Source: Thermodesulfobacteriota bacterium (GTDB lineage: Bacteria; Desulfobacterota_D; UBA1144; Nemesobacterales; UBA2774). From it: a DNA stretch of 64,000 nucleotides. The position numbers and the translations under genes were made by a program. Positions 38,999-48,662 of the stretch are shown in pieces (the stretch's first letter is position 1; every line of letters starts with the position of its first letter). Where the stretch lies: the NCBI GenBank assembly GCA_965216785.1, contig OZ244197.1, positions 800,001 through 864,000 of the forward strand, given 5' to 3'. The notes under the pieces were generated by a model. It searched no databases and was not told where the DNA came from. It saw only the letters and a program-made list of their open reading frames with translations.

Positions 38999-39517
38999 TC
39001 AAAGTTCCCTTTTTTCTTTCCCGGGGTCAGACAGTGCGGCCTTATCTAATACCGATTTTTTTACATATATCGGCGCGCTCATCCTGGACGCAAGAGCGAG
39101 CGCGTCGCTCGGTCGTGCGTCAATTTTAGAAATCTTTCCATCCACAGATACCTCGACCTGCGCATAATACACCTGATCACGTATATCCACTACTACAATT
39201 CTCTCGACTTTCGCGTTAAGAGTCCTTAAGATAGCCGCTATCAAATCATACGTCATGGGCCTTGGCGGCACGGCGTCGGAGGCTCCTATTTCGATCGAGC
39301 GCGCTTCACAGAGCCCGATCCATATAGGAAGCACCACGCTGTTTTTCTCATCCGTAAGCAGTACAACAGGGGCCTGTGTATTTTGGTCAAACACTATGCT
39401 CTTAATCACCATCTCTTCCTCCAAGCCCGCGGGTGTTTTCTCCGCATACACGGAAAGCGCTGCTACATAAAGAAAAGCTATAAGCACTGAAACCGCCGGG
39501 AATATTGACATACGCAT
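38999..39517 (-). CDS. Bifunctional nuclease (DUF151/BFN) family protein with an N-terminal signal peptide
   Basis: LPIWIG..EA..I, PRPMTYDL and IDARPSDALALA motifs; AGGAGG SD supports the longer start. Confidence 0.85.
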   Translation of the reverse strand: MRMSIFPAVSVLIAFLYVAALSVYAEKTPAGLEEEMVIKSIVFDQNTQAPVVLLTDEKNSVVLPIWIGLCEARSIEIGASDAVPPRPMTYDLIAAILRTLNAKVERIVVVDIRDQVYYAQVEVSVDGKISKIDARPSDALALASRMSAPIYVKKSVLDKAALSDPGKEKREL

Positions 39518-39659
39518 GACAAATACCTCCTGAATTCAAGAATATCACAAACAGGGGTTATGCATAAATACGAAATATTACGCTGATAATGATAGTTTAC
39601 TGAACATTATGGAAGAAAGGTGTGATTATAAAAAACTGTACTCGGCTTGAGATGGAAAA

Positions 39660-39926
39660 CTATTTTTCTCCAATCATGTATCTACACCCTGAAGAGCCGA
39701 TACTCGCCGAATGCACAGCTCCCGCGGGAACATCGAACCTATCCCCCACCCTGTAAGTTTTAGTAGCGCCCTCTGAGTTAACGGTTATCTCACCCTCGAG
39801 CACAATGTGAGCCGTAACACCGCTGTGGGTATGATCTGGGTAATATGCCCCGGGTCGGTCAGTATGCACGAATATCCCCGAAAAACCCTCTTCTTTGAGT
39901 AATTTCTCAAACTCTTTCTCATTCAT
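39660..39926 (-). CDS. Small cupin-domain protein
   Basis: YPDHTH...HIVLEGE and GD...VPAG.VH motifs. Confidence 0.8.
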   Translation of the reverse strand: MNEKEFEKLLKEEGFSGIFVHTDRPGAYYPDHTHSGVTAHIVLEGEITVNSEGATKTYRVGDRFDVPAGAVHSASIGSSGCRYMIGEK

Positions 39927-39981
39927 GATTGACTATACCCGGAACGGCTCGATTAATTGATGAATGATGCAGTTAAAAGCA

Positions 39982-40875
39982 TTAAAACCTTTTAACTGAT
40001 CCTTTTTCAAACTTAGGGTTATTAACGGTGCCTATGATCTTCCCGCCCAGACTCCCGTCTCTTTGTTGGGCTAGATAAGGACTTAACATGCCTTTGTACT
40101 TAGCGTACTCCCCTCCCGTGATTTCCAGACGATACCCAAGATCAATAACCCCGCCCTTTGATAGCTCCCAGATAAGTGGCGCTTTCCCAGTTATCTGAAG
40201 ATCGATACCGTCGCCTTTTAGGTTTAGCTCCTGTACATTCGTTTCACGACCCTCGATATTGCCGCTGAAAACAGAGCGAAGCCCTTTTAGCGCCGGAAGC
40301 TTGATACCCTTTACCATGATGTTATCGAGCTCCAGCTCGTCCACTGTGAAATTAAACTCACCGAGGGCTTGAGGAGAAAAATCGATTCTCAGTTTCCCGT
40401 CAAGTGCTCCCCTTAGAGCGAGCGCGTCATCTGAGCCTGTCATAAAAGCCGTGAGGTTGTCCACGTTTACATGCTTTACCTCGGCATCTATTTCGTCAAG
40501 GCCGCTGCCCGACTTGTTTACTCTAAGTGTGCCTTTTATTTCACCGCCGTTAAGCTCGGCTTTAAAGGGAATTATATTGCTCGAAGAAAAGAGCGAAAAC
40601 ACAGAAGGGCTTACCTTCAAGCTATCTATCTTAAGCTTATTGTCCTTAGAGCGGTAAAGTGTTACGTCGTTTAATTTAAGGCTAAAAGGAGGTGCTATAC
40701 CCGCACTTCCAATCTCTGCTTGATAGGGGGTGTTATCAGTTATCTGTGAAATAATCTGCTGCTTGATCCCCTCTGTTGGAAAAGAGGTATAAAGAAATAT
40801 AAAGAACACAACTACAAAGAATGCTATATAGAAAAAGGGCTTAGCGTACTTTGACTTCCTTAGTCTTTCCTTCAT
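39982..40875 (-). CDS. gspN: Type II secretion system protein N
   Basis: N-terminal TM followed by 'SFP', beta-rich body ending in GTV.NP; follows gspL and gspM. Confidence 0.7.
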   Translation of the reverse strand: MKERLRKSKYAKPFFYIAFFVVVFFIFLYTSFPTEGIKQQIISQITDNTPYQAEIGSAGIAPPFSLKLNDVTLYRSKDNKLKIDSLKVSPSVFSLFSSSNIIPFKAELNGGEIKGTLRVNKSGSGLDEIDAEVKHVNVDNLTAFMTGSDDALALRGALDGKLRIDFSPQALGEFNFTVDELELDNIMVKGIKLPALKGLRSVFSGNIEGRETNVQELNLKGDGIDLQITGKAPLIWELSKGGVIDLGYRLEITGGEYAKYKGMLSPYLAQQRDGSLGGKIIGTVNNPKFEKGSVKRF

Positions 40876-40876
40876 C

Positions 40877-41476
40877 TCATATCACCTGCTTGAAATCGAA
40901 TGTGGACACTCTCAGCTTTACGTTGACAGATTCAGGTTGTTTTACTTTCGTCGTGATATTCAGGTTAGACACCTTAAGAAACGATTGCTTTGTCTGTATT
41001 TTATATAGTATATCCACTAAATCATCCAATGAAACTCTTTTGAGCTCTACATCAACACTCTTTTCCTCAAACAGCTCTTCGTTATCCGAGCCTCTTGAGT
41101 TGACGTCTCGGATTGAGAAGTTTTGTCTCTGTATGTTCTCAGCTAAGAGCACTTTCTCCACCAGCGATATTAAGTCCTCGTCTTCTTTTTTGATCTTCCC
41201 TGCAAGCTCGGACATCCTTTTTTTAGATTGCTCATACTCAGCACTAAGGCTCTTCACTTTCCTTAGCTCTGACTCGAGCACTTCTGCCCTCTTTTCCAGA
41301 CGCTCAGTTCCGGATGAGAAGAAATGTATAACAAAGTAAAGTATTAATACGCAAACAACTACACCCAAGGCCAACATAGCTCTCCTGTCCCTTTCGGTAG
41401 AGGAGACCTTAAGCAGCTTCTCGCGGCCCGCCTGAATGTAGCTTTTTATTCTCTCTATTATGCTTTGCAGATCCAT
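40877..41476 (-). CDS. gspM: Type II secretion system protein M
   Basis: ERDR before the TM, a coiled coil, and V.VEL..VSL..LV..LY.I in the periplasmic domain. Confidence 0.7.
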   Translation of the reverse strand: MDLQSIIERIKSYIQAGREKLLKVSSTERDRRAMLALGVVVCVLILYFVIHFFSSGTERLEKRAEVLESELRKVKSLSAEYEQSKKRMSELAGKIKKEDEDLISLVEKVLLAENIQRQNFSIRDVNSRGSDNEELFEEKSVDVELKRVSLDDLVDILYKIQTKQSFLKVSNLNITTKVKQPESVNVKLRVSTFDFKQVI

Positions 41477-41477
41477 A

Positions 41478-42974
41478 TTACACGTTTGACTTTAAATACA
41501 CGGATATCTCGAATTTTGTTTTCCCGTCAACTGCGGCCCCTGTCTGGTCCCGGTTAACACTCTCGAACATCTCAGACTTTGAGAGCGCTTCCTCAATCTT
41601 GGTAACCTCCTGGTACGTATCGCAGACCCCTTTTATTTTCACTCTGTTTTCACCCTCATACCTTATCTCATTCACAGTAAGCTTCATAGTGGGCGGTAGA
41701 CTTGCGGATATATCCCTAAGTACATCAAGTGGTGTTGGCCCTCCCTCTACGCCTTGAATAAGATCGAGCTTTTCCCTTACCTTCTGAACCTCGCTTTCCA
41801 TAAACTGAACAGGCCTTGGGATTGAGCGTACATTGGGAAAAGTGGCTTTAACAACCTCAGCTATCCGGGCCTCCCGCTCTTTCACTTCACTCTTAAGGCT
41901 AAAGTAATTAGAGACGGATCCGTAAATCAGCACTAGAACCAGTATAGCCGCCAGCACTGCGGGAGCCGTGAACACCTTTCTGAGCTCTCTATCAGCGCCG
42001 ACGTACTTATACTCGTCCTTGCGGAAGTTAAGATAACCGCTCTTAAGGGCGCTGCCGTAAAGGGATAGTGCATAGGACTTTGCAAAAAGGGGCGACTTGT
42101 CAACGCCAAGCTCTGGAATATAGAGCTTTTTTACCTCTCTATTCAGCTCCGAGCTCAAATGCTCCCGTGTTCCGGGTATAAGCGACAGCGGGCCTGATAT
42201 AAGAATGGTGTTGATCTTCTCTTTTACCTCAAGCTCAAAAAACTGGATTGTTTTTTTTATCTCGTTTACGATCGGCGCCGTACATTCTTTTCTCTGCAAT
42301 TCTCCGCCTTCATCGAATAAGCTGCCCGAATAATCAATCTCGGTGGCGCCCGCTTTTTCAATTAAATTCTGATAAAAAAGCTCAATCGGCTGAGTGGATG
42401 ATCTAACGCGCAAAAGCCCATCGCTATCAAAGAGAGAAAATCCCAGCTCCGTTTCTCCTATATCAATCAATAAAAGCGGTCTCTTGCCCTCAAGCCCATC
42501 GTTTAAGGCCCCGAACGCAAGCGGCGAGTAAGTTATAACCTTGGGATCAATACCGGCAGAGTTTAGGGAATCAATCACTGTCTCTACCTGATCGTTTTCA
42601 AAAACACATGCAATAGCTTCACTACCGCTATCTTTTTTTACTAGATGGTAGCTGTGTATTTTCTCAGTCGGATCAAAGGTGGATATGTTCTCAAGCTCGT
42701 ACTCATAGACCTGGTCTATTTTCTTAGAGTCTGAAAACGGAAATTTTATAATTCTAATAGAAGTCGGGTTCTCGTTTATTGATGCTGCTACGTCGCCCCT
42801 TGGAAGTGAATTCTCCTTAAACAACTCTGTTAAGTATTCAGGGATTTGCAGCTGTTCTTCATTTATTGGAACACTCAGGGTTTGTAGAAGCTGTACGTCT
42901 CTTAAGCCCCTTTTTATTAGAGAGACACGCGCAGCAGTTTTACCTATATCTAGTCCGACAAATCTTCCGTACAT
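41478..42974 (-). CDS. gspL: Type II secretion system protein L (PilM-like cytoplasmic domain plus PilN-like periplasmic domain)
   Basis: GLDIG and IDIG actin-like motifs, NFRK before the TM, PL.VL..IS..LP periplasmic segment. Confidence 0.75.
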   Translation of the reverse strand: MYGRFVGLDIGKTAARVSLIKRGLRDVQLLQTLSVPINEEQLQIPEYLTELFKENSLPRGDVAASINENPTSIRIIKFPFSDSKKIDQVYEYELENISTFDPTEKIHSYHLVKKDSGSEAIACVFENDQVETVIDSLNSAGIDPKVITYSPLAFGALNDGLEGKRPLLLIDIGETELGFSLFDSDGLLRVRSSTQPIELFYQNLIEKAGATEIDYSGSLFDEGGELQRKECTAPIVNEIKKTIQFFELEVKEKINTILISGPLSLIPGTREHLSSELNREVKKLYIPELGVDKSPLFAKSYALSLYGSALKSGYLNFRKDEYKYVGADRELRKVFTAPAVLAAILVLVLIYGSVSNYFSLKSEVKEREARIAEVVKATFPNVRSIPRPVQFMESEVQKVREKLDLIQGVEGGPTPLDVLRDISASLPPTMKLTVNEIRYEGENRVKIKGVCDTYQEVTKIEEALSKSEMFESVNRDQTGAAVDGKTKFEISVYLKSNV

Positions 42975-43006
42975 AATTTTAAGTAAATTACTTAATCCCA
43001 GCCATA

Positions 43007-43035
43007 AATCTAAAGCACGTCCTTTTCAAAGTCAA
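43007..43035 (-). promoter_or_regulatory. Sigma70-type promoter of gspLMN
   Basis: TTGACT-N17-TAGATT on the minus strand. Confidence 0.6.
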
Positions 43036-43041
43036 ATATAT

Positions 43042-43782
43042 TCATATACCCCGGGCTCGCGCAAGCGTTAATACCTGTACGCTTAAAGCGCCTGACTTTA
43101 AAAGAGTTTTCGCGCACTCGTTGCTGGTGCTCCCTGTCGTGAACACGTCGTCTAGAAGAAGTACGGAGCATCCTTGAAATGTGTTTTTATCCCTTACTTG
43201 AAAAGCGCCCCTGACATTTTTACGCCTTGCAGCTTCATCCTTTATCTCAATCTGAGGCAAGGTGTCGCGTATTTTAGCAAGCCCTGTGAGATTAACATGA
43301 ACCCCCATTCTCCTTCCAATATCAGCTGCCAGTACAGAAGACTGGTTGTACTCACGTTGCCTGAGCTTGCCAATATATAGCGGAACCGGAACCAGAAGAT
43401 CTATAGTCTTCATATTTACAGGCATATTCTCAATCATCGTATCGCTGAGAGCTCGGGCAAGCTTCAATTTCCCTTCGTATTTAAAAGAGTGCAGCATTTC
43501 CCGTATCGGCCCTCTATAAACAGCAACTGAGCGGGCTCTTTTAAAGCTGTAATGTCCCTTTAAGCACTTAGCGCATAAATGAGGGTTTTCAGCCTCTTGG
43601 GGAACATCCATTGTTTGAGAAGATTTTGAATCAAAATAACCAAAAGGTACGCCGCACTGGGCACAAACAGAAAGCTCCTTCAAAAAATCGATTTCATCTT
43701 CACACTTTTTGCAAACTTCCTTTCCGGCTGCCGGCTGTAAACCGCATGAAGCACATAAATTCGGAAATAAAAGCTCGAGCAT
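43042..43782 (-). CDS. comF: Competence protein ComF (double zinc ribbon plus PRTase domain)
   Basis: LFP..C..C with four CxxC pairs, VPVPL, REYNQS, LLDDVFTTGST. Confidence 0.9.
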   Translation of the reverse strand: MLELLFPNLCASCGLQPAAGKEVCKKCEDEIDFLKELSVCAQCGVPFGYFDSKSSQTMDVPQEAENPHLCAKCLKGHYSFKRARSVAVYRGPIREMLHSFKYEGKLKLARALSDTMIENMPVNMKTIDLLVPVPLYIGKLRQREYNQSSVLAADIGRRMGVHVNLTGLAKIRDTLPQIEIKDEAARRKNVRGAFQVRDKNTFQGCSVLLLDDVFTTGSTSNECAKTLLKSGALSVQVLTLARARGI

Positions 43783-43881
43783 TGTTAATTATCGGCCAAC
43801 TCATCTACCCGTTCGTACTAAGAGCTTTGTTTAGACTCGCAATCAAAATGAACGATATTACCCATGTACATTTACAGCGCT

Positions 43882-44982
43882 CTATACCCTCATTGGCATA
43901 ATAACCGAAAGGTATACCTCTTCTCCCTCGGGCTTAATTACAGCAGGGCTGAGCTCATCGATTAGTCCGATCTCAACTTTATCCTCAGTAATAACCTCAA
44001 GTACGTCCATCAGATATCTTGCGTTAAACCCAAGCTCCACCGGGTCCCCCGAGTAGCTCAAGGGTACGGTTTCCTTAGCCTCACCTACTTCGGGAGATAC
44101 GGAAATCAGTGTGAGAGAGTCTTTATCTATATTGAACTTAACGCTCCTTGTTTTCTCTGAAGAAAGTATTGAAACACGCCTGAGCGCGCTCAGTAAACTC
44201 CCTCTTTCAAGGGATAGAGAAAGCTTAGTAGAATCCGGAGTCACCTGTTTATAATCAGGAAAATCCGCGTCTATAAGCCTTGCAACCAAAATGATATCCT
44301 CCCCTTCAGCCATAAAAAAGTTATCACCAACGCCTATCTTTAATTTATCTGAAAGCTTAAGTACTTTTCTAAGCTCGCCCACCCCTTTTTTCGGAACCAC
44401 GAATCCCTTTCCGAACTTAACTTTCGTATCAATCTCTTTTTCCACGAGTGATAGCCTGTGCCCGTCTGTCGCCACGAGCCTGATCCCCTTATCGCCCGCT
44501 TCTTCAAAATAAATTCCCGCCAGGTTACGCCTTAGCTCGTCAGGGGAAACTGCGAATATAGTCTTTGAGATCATCTCTTCAACCACAGAGCTTTGAACTG
44601 AAAACAGCTGATCCGAATGGAGCTCTGGAATTATCGGAAAATCCTCACTTGGAAGACCCGCAATTTTAAACACCGCAGATGATGCCCTTATCTCGACCCA
44701 ATGGTTTCCGATCTCCTCAATCTCTATTTCCCCTTCCGGAAGCTCTTTTACTATCTCAAAAAGTTTTCTTGCGGGTATTGCAAGGCTACCTTCTCCCAAC
44801 ACTTCTGCATCACACCATGTGCTCATCGTGGTCTCAAGATCAGTCGCGGAGATTTCTATCTTACTTTTATTAACCGTTATAAGTATGTGAGAGAGAACGG
44901 GCATGGTAGCGCGTCTTTCTGAAATTCCCTGTACCAATGAGAGTTTCTGGGAAAAAGCTTCTGCTTGTGTCTTAAATTTCAT
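43882..44982 (-). CDS. dnaN: DNA polymerase III beta sliding clamp
   Basis: ATDLE, VATDGHRL, FPDY, GFNARYL and VIMPMR motifs; directly downstream of dnaA. Confidence 0.98.
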   Translation of the reverse strand: MKFKTQAEAFSQKLSLVQGISERRATMPVLSHILITVNKSKIEISATDLETTMSTWCDAEVLGEGSLAIPARKLFEIVKELPEGEIEIEEIGNHWVEIRASSAVFKIAGLPSEDFPIIPELHSDQLFSVQSSVVEEMISKTIFAVSPDELRRNLAGIYFEEAGDKGIRLVATDGHRLSLVEKEIDTKVKFGKGFVVPKKGVGELRKVLKLSDKLKIGVGDNFFMAEGEDIILVARLIDADFPDYKQVTPDSTKLSLSLERGSLLSALRRVSILSSEKTRSVKFNIDKDSLTLISVSPEVGEAKETVPLSYSGDPVELGFNARYLMDVLEVITEDKVEIGLIDELSPAVIKPEGEEVYLSVIMPMRV

Positions 44983-44989
44983 TTTGTCT

Positions 44990-45224
44990 ACTCCTGTTTA
45001 CTAATAATAACCAATATACTCTATTAATAGTAGTATTAGTAGTAGGGCCTGTTGGTAACTTATTTCCCGCCCCAAGTGTATGAAAACATTAGTTTTTTTG
45101 TGTTGATAAACATGTTTATTGTTTTGGGTACCTATCAACATCTATCCACAGCATTTGTTCGTTTTCAGTGTGAGCATGAGTTATCAACAATTTCATACAC
45201 ACGCTTATACACCACCTATCAACT
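44990..45224. other. oriC: Chromosomal replication origin oriC (unwinding part, dnaA-dnaN intergenic)
   Basis: AT-rich stretch; DnaA-trios TAA-TAG-TAG-TAT-TAG-TAG-TAG (45025-45045), GGCC (45046-45049), then DnaA-box-like 9-mers at 45050, 45101, 45132, 45142, 45181, 45193, 45205 and 45216. Confidence 0.88.
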
Positions 45225-46727
45225 CATTAAGCTTTCAATATTGCGGGAAAGAGTTTTCACCGTGTTTGTTAAAGTTGGGTCATTCCCCATATTCTTTTCA
45301 ATCTTCTTTACGGCATGTATTACTGTGGAATGATCCTTTCCCCCGAATTTTTCGCCTATCTCAGGATAGGAAGCCCCCGTGTATCTCCTAGCCAGAAACA
45401 TAGCAATCTGTCTTGGGAGAGCGATGTTCTTCTGCTTCCTTTCTGATTTTAGGTCCTGAACCCTGAGCCCGCAGTAGCTTGCGACTTCCTTTTGTATACT
45501 CTCAATGCTGAGGAATTTCTTATCCTGCTTCTTGAGGATATTCTTAAGCACTTCTTTTGCCAGATCAATCGAGACCTCTGTTTTAAGAAGCTTTGCGTGA
45601 GCCATTAGGTTTGTAAGCGTTCCCTCAAGCTCCCTGATATTCGATGTGGTGTTTTCGGCCAGGTAAAGGGCCACTTGGTCCGGGAGTGAAAGGCCTTCGG
45701 TTTCAGCTTTGTTTTTAATTATCGCAATTCTGGTTTCGGTCTCAGGGGGCTGAATATCAGTGATAAGACCCCACTCAAACCTCGATCTTAGTCTCTCCTC
45801 CAAGTAAGACATGTCCTTGGGAGATTTGTCGCTTGTGAGGACGATCTGTTTTTTTGATTCATAAAGAGTATTAAATGTATGAAAAAACTCTTCCTGTGTG
45901 CTCTCCTTGCCTGCAATAAACTGTATGTCGTCAATCAGGAGCACATCGCACCCAAAGCGGTAGCGGTTTCTGAATTCTTCCATTTTGTTTGATTTGATGC
46001 TGTTTATTACCTGGTTTGTAAAATGTTCTGCGGAAATGCAGCACACCCTAGCCATGTTGGACGTAGCTCTTAGAACATAATTTCCTATAGCGTTTATTAA
46101 ATGTGTTTTACCGAGCCCTACACCGCCATAGATAAATAGCGGATTATAGGCTTCTCCCGGCTTTCTTGCAACAGCTGTTGAAGCTGCATGAGCGAACTGA
46201 TTGCTCGAGCCCACGATAAAGCGATCAAAGCTATAGTTTGGATTAATAACCCCCTTGTAAAGCTTATCTGTTTTTGAGGGTTTTCTGCTCTCAGGTATTT
46301 GCGCGCTTTGTGTTTTATTGCTCTCTTTAACTAAGGGCCCATCCTCGCGCGCTTCAATCATTACACTTACCCTCTTACCGAAAACCTCTTTTACCGTATC
46401 GTTAATAAATTCCAGGTAGTGGTTATTTATCCAGTCTCTGTCAAATTCGCTGTTCGCTTTGAGCACTAGGCAGTCCTCCGTTTCAGAAAGCGGCTCAAGA
46501 GGCGCGAACCAGAAGAACACTTGGGGGTTTGATTTTTTCTTAATTCTCTCAAGCACCGGCTGCCACTGGACTTTGTCGTCTGTGGCCTTTGGTCTGTCTT
46601 TTGCGACTTCGGGATTTTGCTCGAGTACGGATGAGCCCATAAAGTGCTCCAGACCTCTACCTTCTTCCGCTGAATCTGAAAAAAGAGATCTTAAATCGTG
46701 TTTAAGAGGCAGTCTTTTAGCACTCAA
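45219..46727 (-). CDS. dnaA: Chromosomal replication initiator DnaA
   Basis: YNPLFIYGGVGLGKTHL, LLIDDIQF, RLRSRFEWGL, NIRELEG, RQIAMFL, GGKDHSTVIHA. Start uncertain (TTG 46727 or ATG 46640). Confidence 0.98.
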   Translation of the reverse strand: MSAKRLPLKHDLRSLFSDSAEEGRGLEHFMGSSVLEQNPEVAKDRPKATDDKVQWQPVLERIKKKSNPQVFFWFAPLEPLSETEDCLVLKANSEFDRDWINNHYLEFINDTVKEVFGKRVSVMIEAREDGPLVKESNKTQSAQIPESRKPSKTDKLYKGVINPNYSFDRFIVGSSNQFAHAASTAVARKPGEAYNPLFIYGGVGLGKTHLINAIGNYVLRATSNMARVCCISAEHFTNQVINSIKSNKMEEFRNRYRFGCDVLLIDDIQFIAGKESTQEEFFHTFNTLYESKKQIVLTSDKSPKDMSYLEERLRSRFEWGLITDIQPPETETRIAIIKNKAETEGLSLPDQVALYLAENTTSNIRELEGTLTNLMAHAKLLKTEVSIDLAKEVLKNILKKQDKKFLSIESIQKEVASYCGLRVQDLKSERKQKNIALPRQIAMFLARRYTGASYPEIGEKFGGKDHSTVIHAVKKIEKNMGNDPTLTNTVKTLSRNIESLMS

Positions 46728-46759
46728 TTTTACTTCAATCCTCCAAAATTAGAGACAAC

Positions 46760-46790
46760 CCATCCACAAGTTATGCACAAATGTGGATAA
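46760..46790. promoter_or_regulatory. DnaA-box cluster in the dnaA leader (autoregulation and/or second part of oriC)
   Basis: CCATCCACA (46760), TTATGCACA (46771) and TGTGGATAA (46782, a perfect inverted box), at 11-bp spacing. Confidence 0.85.
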
Positions 46791-46844
46791 CTTTTAGCTT
46801 ACAATTAAATGTGTTGTTTGGCCCCACCCAGATCCGTAAGTTAC

Positions 46845-46874
46845 ATCCTAACAGATACCAAAATACGTTGTCAA
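46845..46874 (-). promoter_or_regulatory. dnaA promoter
   Basis: TTGACA-N18-TAGGAT with an extended -10 TG. Confidence 0.65.
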
Positions 46875-47059
46875 GTGTTTTGATTTAATCGCATGATTGC
46901 AGTGATTTGCGCCACCTAAATTTTGCAATCCACCTTCTGTGCGGAAGTACAATTCTTTAAATGACATAGTGAATATAAGTACCTTAGACAATCTATATGC
47001 ACCCCTAACTCCCTGTAATAATACAATATATCACTCTAGCTTTAGATAGAATTCATTTG

Positions 47060-48340
47060 CTATAAATCTGTGCTTGCGTGCTCTATGCCTTTTTTTTCAT
47101 CGACGCGCATAAGCAAAACCGCACCTCCGATAAAGAACACTACAAGCATTACAATAGCCAGGCGGCTGGAGCCCGTGATCTGAGACACCATGGCGAAAGC
47201 AAGCGGTCCGACAATGCCCGCAAATTTTGAGCTCATACCGTAAAACCCGAAAAACTCACATGTTTTATCTTTAGGCAGCATAGAGCCGAAAAGCGAGCGG
47301 CTGAGCGCCTGTGTCCCGCCCTGCACCGTGCCTACCATAAAAGCCAGGATCCAGAAATGAAGCGCACTCTGCATGAAATAGGCGCTGATAGCTATCCCCG
47401 TGTAAACAGCGAGTCCGAGCAAGATCGAATTTTTTGTCCCCAGGTAACCTGCCAGGCGACCGAACACAAAGGTAAAGGGGATTCCTACGAACTGGGTCAT
47501 TAATAATGCGCCAATAAGCGCCGTTTCGTCGATACCGATTTCAGCCCCGTATATTGTCGCCATTTTTATTATAGTCCCTATACCGTCGTTATAAACCCAA
47601 AACGCAATGAGGAATAAAAATAGCTCTCTATATTTTCTCAGCTCCCCGAACGTAACGTAGATTCGTCTGAATGCCACCCTTACCGGGTTTACGCCGCTGT
47701 GGGTGTTATCCGTTTTACCCTCCGGCTCTCTCACATTTAATATAAGCGGGATCGTGAACAGCGCCCACCAAATTGAGACTGACAGGAAGCAAAGCCGGGT
47801 GGCGAGTATCTTGTCCGGTATGAGCTCAATCATAAGGACATTTATACCGAGCAGTATTCCTCCGCCCAGGTATCCGAGCGCGTAGCCCATTGTAGATACT
47901 CTGTCTATGTTGTCCGGAGTAGAAACGCTTGGAAGAAGAGAGTTATAAAACACATCGGACATAGAGAAGCCAAGGTTTCCGAATATGAAAAATAGTGAGG
48001 CCAAAAACCAGTCTCCTGTGGTGACGAAGTACAGGAGCGCTGTGGCGAATATGCCAAGTCCGGCAAAAGTTAAAAGGAGCTTTTTCTTGAGTCCAGAGTA
48101 GTCTGCGATTGCTCCCATGACAGGGGCCAGCAGGGCGGTTATCAGGAGCGCAATTGAAAGAGTGTATCCCCAGTACACGGTTGCTGTATTAGCGCCGAGC
48201 TCAGCTCCCGCGACGCGGCTGTAGTAGATCGGGAGCACAGCCGCCATTATAGTTGTGGCAAAGGCGGAGTTTGCCCAGTCGTACATACTCCAGCTTAAGA
48301 TCTCTCGGCGATTTCTTTCTTGCTTACCCTTTTCGGCCAT
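47060..48340 (-). CDS. MFS transporter (UMF1/Atg22-like)
   Basis: W.MYDWANSAF, YNSLLP, GYALGYLGG, YNDG..T, QALSRS.F and FFGFY motifs. Confidence 0.88.
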   Translation of the reverse strand: MAEKGKQERNRREILSWSMYDWANSAFATTIMAAVLPIYYSRVAGAELGANTATVYWGYTLSIALLITALLAPVMGAIADYSGLKKKLLLTFAGLGIFATALLYFVTTGDWFLASLFFIFGNLGFSMSDVFYNSLLPSVSTPDNIDRVSTMGYALGYLGGGILLGINVLMIELIPDKILATRLCFLSVSIWWALFTIPLILNVREPEGKTDNTHSGVNPVRVAFRRIYVTFGELRKYRELFLFLIAFWVYNDGIGTIIKMATIYGAEIGIDETALIGALLMTQFVGIPFTFVFGRLAGYLGTKNSILLGLAVYTGIAISAYFMQSALHFWILAFMVGTVQGGTQALSRSLFGSMLPKDKTCEFFGFYGMSSKFAGIVGPLAFAMVSQITGSSRLAIVMLVVFFIGGAVLLMRVDEKKGIEHASTDL

Positions 48341-48662
48341 TTAGTATCTCAGATAATCCAAGTCCAGTTATTGATTCGAATCAGCTCTCTAATATTATCG
48401 GTTATGGATGAAAAGCCAACTCAAACACTATCACTATACATATAAGTTTTGAATATGCGGTGCTTGGCTCTGGAGTGTATACAGTCTTGGCTATTGTAGA
48501 GGGCTATCGGCAGGTTAAAATGGTCTGCGTCTCCTAAATGGTAATTATTCCCACCTAGTAATGACTTGATTTAAGTGTACGATTGTGCGATACTTAAAAA
48601 AAAATAGACTATTATCATGAAAACAAATACAATTCAATTCACCCTATATTATGGAGGTTTTT

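Noticed and set aside
45052-45391. Plus-strand ORFs of 93 and 90 aa in the ORF track
   Set aside because: They overlap oriC and the antisense strand of dnaA and have no protein-like features.
48600-48625. Fur/PerR box before ferritin
   Set aside because: Only one convincing half-site (ATTATCAT); plausible but not supportable.
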